Shown in pieces: positions 33,915 to 37,347 of a stretch of 37,347 nucleotides of DNA; position 1 is the first letter of the stretch, and each line of letters opens with the position of its first letter. The stretch is taken from positions 1-37,347 of the forward strand of contig JBDRCV010000002.1 in NCBI GenBank assembly GCA_043821385.1, in the 5' to 3' direction. A program made the translations under genes and the position numbers. The DNA comes from an archaeon. GTDB taxonomy: Archaea; Iainarchaeota; Iainarchaeia; Iainarchaeales; JBDRCV01. Below the pieces are notes generated by a model. It saw only the letters and a program-made list of their open reading frames with translations. It had not been told where the DNA came from and did no database searches.

Positions 33915-34958
33915 ATGGTTAAAAAGGTTAAAGAAACAGTGGTAAAGGTTAAAGAAACAATTGTAACTGACGACTTTCCTTCAACTGACAAAGTTCAAGT
34001 TTCAAAAAAACTAATGGGGCAAGTTATAGGCCAAGATAGTGCAGTCGAGTTAATGAAGAAAGCGGCAGCACAAAAAAGAAACGTTTTACTTATTGGAGAT
34101 CCTGGCACTGGAAAATCAATGCTTGCTCAAGCAATGAGTGAAGTCATGCCAGTCCAAGAATTATTTGATGTAATGGTTTACCCTAATGAACTTGACTCTA
34201 ATAATCCTAAAGTTCGCACAACCAAAGCAGGAGAAGGACAACAAATAGTTCAAAAAGAACGCCTTTCAGCTAAAAGTTTTGATGACAACATGCGAATGAT
34301 TTCCTTTCTATTGCCTTTAGGTTTCTTTATTTTTTCCAGTGTAATCTGGCAACTAGGATTTATTTCTGACGTTATTTACGCTGCCACATTACTTTTAGGT
34401 GGCATAATTTTGATTGCCGCAGTTCTAGGATCACAACTAAAAGTTCGAGCAACAAAAACCGCACCAAAACTATTAATTAATAATGCAGGAAAAAAAGTAG
34501 CACCATTCATTGAAGCAACCGGGGCAAAAGCAGGAGCCCTTTTCGGCGATTGTCGTCATGATCCGTTACAATCGTTTATTGACGAAGATAAGTTCGTGGT
34601 TGTACGTGGCAACAAGGAAGAAAAGTTAACCTTTGAACAGTTATGGAAAGAAATGTCTGAAAAACATTCTGACTTAGTTGAAAAACATGAAAATGATTAT
34701 GAAGCCATAGTTTTCCCTAAAGATGTTAATGTTTTCACTTATGGTTTAAACTCTGAAGGTGAAGTGGTCAAGACAAGAATTTACTCAATGAACCGCCGAC
34801 CTTATAACTCTGAAGTAGTTGAAGTTACAGCAAACAATTCAAAGTTAACTGTCACTCCAGAACACAAGGTTAAAACTAAAGGCGGAGACAAGAAAGCAGT
34901 AGAAGTTTCAGAAAAAGATTCTTTGATTAGGTTGTTTGATTCTAAGGTTAATTATTAA
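33915..34958 (+). CDS. lonB: archaeal membrane-bound Lon protease (LonB), N-terminal fragment fused to an intein N-terminal half. Lacks Walker B, protease domain and intein C-terminal blocks.
   Basis: VIGQDSAVELMKKAAAQKRNVLLIGDPGTGKSMLAQAM (Walker A). Two TM helices at about residues 128-172. APFIEATGAKAGALFGDCRHDPLQ, then at S220 (nt 34572) SFIDEDKFVVVRG...LTVTPEHKV (intein blocks A and B). Stop at 34956-34958. Confidence 0.7.
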   Translation: MVKKVKETVVKVKETIVTDDFPSTDKVQVSKKLMGQVIGQDSAVELMKKAAAQKRNVLLIGDPGTGKSMLAQAMSEVMPVQELFDVMVYPNELDSNNPKVRTTKAGEGQQIVQKERLSAKSFDDNMRMISFLLPLGFFIFSSVIWQLGFISDVIYAATLLLGGIILIAAVLGSQLKVRATKTAPKLLINNAGKKVAPFIEATGAKAGALFGDCRHDPLQSFIDEDKFVVVRGNKEEKLTFEQLWKEMSEKHSDLVEKHENDYEAIVFPKDVNVFTYGLNSEGEVVKTRIYSMNRRPYNSEVVEVTANNSKLTVTPEHKVKTKGGDKKAVEVSEKDSLIRLFDSKVNY

Positions 34959-35022
34959 TTTATTAAATCCGAATTAAACAAGGAAAATGAATAAAAGAAC
35001 ATAGAGTAATGAAGATGATTGA

Positions 35023-35715
35023 ATGATTTTCACGCAAATTTTAGATTTTGTTACTCAAAACTTTCTAGAATTTATTGCAATAATAATAGCAGTTATTGCA
35101 ATTATCTTTACTGCATTGAAAGATTTTATATTACCTTGGTTTAGGAGGCCAAACTTTGTTTTCTTATATGAAGAAAAAAAGCCGTTTAGAAAAGAGAAAG
35201 TTCAAATAACAAATGAGGGAAAAGAAGGGGCTTTTTTAAGGATGAAAGTAAAAAATATGGGGAAAGATGTTGGAAAAAACTGCAGATGCCAGATTTTTAG
35301 GGTTATAGAAAACAACAAACCATTACATGACTATGAAGGACTGCCATTAAAATGGGCTGGAAGACCAGAAGTGATTTTGGATCCCCTTAAAGCTGAACGG
35401 CTTAACATCGGACAGGGAGAAACAGAATTTATCGACATAATTTCAACACGTTGTGGTGAAGAAGGCTCAAGATTTGAAAAGTATCACCCGGTTGACATAG
35501 GAATCTCAAATTACCTCCCGCCAGGAAAATATACTGTAACCTTAATTTTCAGCGGTGATAACTTTAAGCCCAGTAAAATAAGCTTTGATGTACAAAGAGG
35601 AGCTTCAAAAGACTACAAAGATATTAAAATAAAACTATGGAGTATGGGGAGCAACAATTTAGTTAAAAGGCTGATTTTCCTACTAACTTCAGGATTTAAA
35701 AAATCTTTTCATTAA
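35023..35715 (+). CDS. N-terminally anchored membrane protein with a predicted beta-rich extracytoplasmic domain, function unknown
   Basis: TM helix FLEFIAIIIAVIAIIFTAL, then strand-like segments (AFLRMKVKNMGKDVGKNCRCQIF; KYTVTLIFSGDNF). Confidence 0.5.
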   Translation: MIFTQILDFVTQNFLEFIAIIIAVIAIIFTALKDFILPWFRRPNFVFLYEEKKPFRKEKVQITNEGKEGAFLRMKVKNMGKDVGKNCRCQIFRVIENNKPLHDYEGLPLKWAGRPEVILDPLKAERLNIGQGETEFIDIISTRCGEEGSRFEKYHPVDIGISNYLPPGKYTVTLIFSGDNFKPSKISFDVQRGASKDYKDIKIKLWSMGSNNLVKRLIFLLTSGFKKSFH

Positions 35716-35723
35716 ATTTAAGT

Positions 35724-36122
35724 ATGAGTTGGTTAAATAATTCTCAGGTTTCTACATTTGCAAATAACTCAACGATAAATGCATATGAGTTGTTAGTTAC
35801 AATAAAAACTTCTAATCCAGAAGAATTTAAGAAAAAAAAGAAAATATTAGATGAAAATTGGGAAAAGATATCGGTTTATGAATTGAGAAAGCTAATTTTG
35901 GATGCCTTCCTTACTTTTTCTCCAACGTTTATTTTCAGTGTTTTGGTTTACTCGTTAATAAAATCTCCTGAATCTTGGCTATTAATCACAGTGTTTTTTG
36001 TCATTTTTTTGATCTTAATGATTATAACATCAAAATGTAGGATTCTTTGTCAATCAGAACTTTACAAATTGGGCCAAGCACAAGAAAGTTTAAAACAGAA
36101 AATAAAAGAAAATAACAAGTAG
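35724..36122 (+). CDS. small two-TM membrane protein, function unknown
   Basis: 8 nt after the preceding gene. Two hydrophobic helices in the C-terminal half (FLTFSPTFIFSVLVYSLI; WLLITVFFVIFLILMIIT). Confidence 0.45.
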   Translation: MSWLNNSQVSTFANNSTINAYELLVTIKTSNPEEFKKKKKILDENWEKISVYELRKLILDAFLTFSPTFIFSVLVYSLIKSPESWLLITVFFVIFLILMIITSKCRILCQSELYKLGQAQESLKQKIKENNK

Positions 36123-36177
36123 CTTTTTAAAGAAAACTATAATATGCTTAATTTATAATTTTGAAAGTAAGTATGAA

Positions 36178-37110
36178 TTATAGTTTTGAGTTTTTAGTTA
36201 TAATAATTATTAAACTTCCTGTCAAACCAACGCAAAACTCAGCAAAAATTTCCTGCTCTTTCTCTGTCAAAGATTTTTTCCCCCCGTGTTTGTCTGTTTC
36301 ATTACTGGCAAGGCTACTAATAAGTCCAATCCAAATTTTAAGCCGCTCCTGGATTTTTTGTTGAGGATAATTAACAAAATAATCTTGAAGTAGTTTTCCA
36401 AGTACTCCTTTATTTTTATCTAAAATTGCTAATAAAGTGCTTTCAAGCGTAGCATTACAAAGTTCCATTGTGTCTTCAAATCTTCTTTGTGTAAAAGCTT
36501 TACGAGCAGAGAAATAATTTTTATTGGCTATGGAAAAACGTTTGTCTGATAATAAAATGTCTGCTTTTTGTACGACTTCTTTTTCGATTAAGTCCGAAAC
36601 TTTTTTGTTAACATGGAAAGAATTTTTTACTTTTATAAGCTCATAAGGGATCTCTTTTTTTGCAAGTAAGTTATTAAAGTCACTCACAAAAAGATTGACC
36701 TTCTCCAAATATTGTTTTAGAAGAGATCCATCAAAAATTTTGGTTCCTTCAATTAAAGTAAAACAATAAATTTCAATTACATCAAATAGAAAATCGAGTT
36801 TAGAATGCCATAAAATATAATGTAATTCGTCTTGGTTTTTTATACCTAATACAAGGGGAAATGCATAGTTTACTCTATCTATAAAATAATCCCAACAAGG
36901 GTACCTGATATGGCAGGTAACCATTTTATTTTTTATTCTTTTTCCAGTAATGACAGTGTTAGTCTGAAATAATCTGACAATGTTCCAAACAGTTTTTTCA
37001 TCAAAAGCAGACTCTACCTTTATTTCTTTAATACCAGTATTTCTTTCAGATGCAAGTCCTCTTAAAATCCTGGCATAATCTAGACTATTTGTAGCACTAA
37101 TAATAGACAT
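36178..37110 (-). CDS. hypothetical protein with Abi_C / HEPN-like C-terminal domain (candidate abortive-infection-type protein)
   Basis: ATG at 37110 is preferred over the TTG at 37155. C-terminal ARKAFTQRRFEDTMELCNATLESTLLAIL...LISSLASNETDKHGG...EIFAEFCVGLTGSLI follows the recalled Abi_C helical pattern, but with N instead of R in the R-x4-6-H position. Confidence 0.35.
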   Translation of the reverse strand: MSIISATNSLDYARILRGLASERNTGIKEIKVESAFDEKTVWNIVRLFQTNTVITGKRIKNKMVTCHIRYPCWDYFIDRVNYAFPLVLGIKNQDELHYILWHSKLDFLFDVIEIYCFTLIEGTKIFDGSLLKQYLEKVNLFVSDFNNLLAKKEIPYELIKVKNSFHVNKKVSDLIEKEVVQKADILLSDKRFSIANKNYFSARKAFTQRRFEDTMELCNATLESTLLAILDKNKGVLGKLLQDYFVNYPQQKIQERLKIWIGLISSLASNETDKHGGKKSLTEKEQEIFAEFCVGLTGSLIIIITKNSKL

Positions 37111-37347
37111 AAAAAGAATATAGTATAAAAATATTTTTATATGGACGTTTTCCAAGTCTAACCAGTGATAAAATAAGGGCAGCGTACCAAGGAATGTTTT
37201 ATCTTCAATCCGAATTTTTTCTTACGTTTGAGTGTTGTTCGGCTTAAACTTCGCTGAAAGTACACTCACGATTATACTATTCATGATTGTACTTTCTAAT
37301 CTTTCGTTTTGGAATTCTTTTATCAAAGGAGCTCTGCTGGATTAGCG

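Noticed and set aside
34575-34586. FIDE right after HDPLQS read as the LonB Walker B (GVLFIDE), implying an internal deletion rather than an intein
   Set aside because: The following 120 aa bear no resemblance to the LonB AAA+ module and instead show intein block A/B features (Ser1, TVTPEH). The coincidence of four residues is not enough.
34966-37216. 10-nt direct repeat AATCCGAATT at 34966-34975 and 37207-37216 bracketing the three-gene block, considered as a possible target-site duplication or att site
   Set aside because: A 12-mer containing the first nine bases of the repeat (ttaaatccgaat) also occurs at 29969-29980 inside an unrelated coding region. Matches of this length therefore arise by chance in this AT-rich sequence. 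No integrase or transposase is present, and lonB does not resume after the right copy. It is kept only as a weak hint.

Overview
AT-rich archaeal chromosome segment. Gene content and order suggest a small-genome, uncultivated DPANN-like archaeon (inference). The core (8166-28230, all minus strand) is the conserved archaeal ribosomal-protein super-operon: L3-L4-L23-L2-S19-L22-S3-L29-SUI1-Rpp29-S17-L14-L24-S4e-L5-S14-S8-L6-L32e-L19e-L18-S5-L30-L15-SecY-DUF106-L34e-Cmk-like-L14e-S13-S4-S11-RpoD-tRNA-Leu-L18e-L13-S9-RpoN-S2. Downstream on the same strand are a Memo-like protein, a TrmB regulator, a large secreted protein and GluRS. The left end carries a plus-strand pyrimidine deoxynucleotide module: a partial UPF0200-like kinase, a three-domain thymidylate synthase fusion, dCMP deaminase and a Tmk-like P-loop protein. 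Right of the r-protein operon lie a four-gene operon of signal-peptide/lipobox proteins, an MBL-fold hydrolase, a polytopic membrane protein, a wHTH-nucleotidyltransferase fusion with a TGTAAC repeat-rich promoter, and RNase Z. The most interesting locus is a LonB gene that stops inside an intein. It encodes the N-extein plus a 128-aa N-intein half, so it is either a naturally split intein or a decayed gene. It is followed by a three-gene accessory block: two membrane proteins and an Abi_C/HEPN-like protein. Other points are K/E-rich extensions on many r-proteins, a Cmk homologue with a degenerate P-loop, and the absence of adk, rpoK and eno from their usual slots. No CRISPR array, rRNA or recognisable transposase was seen.
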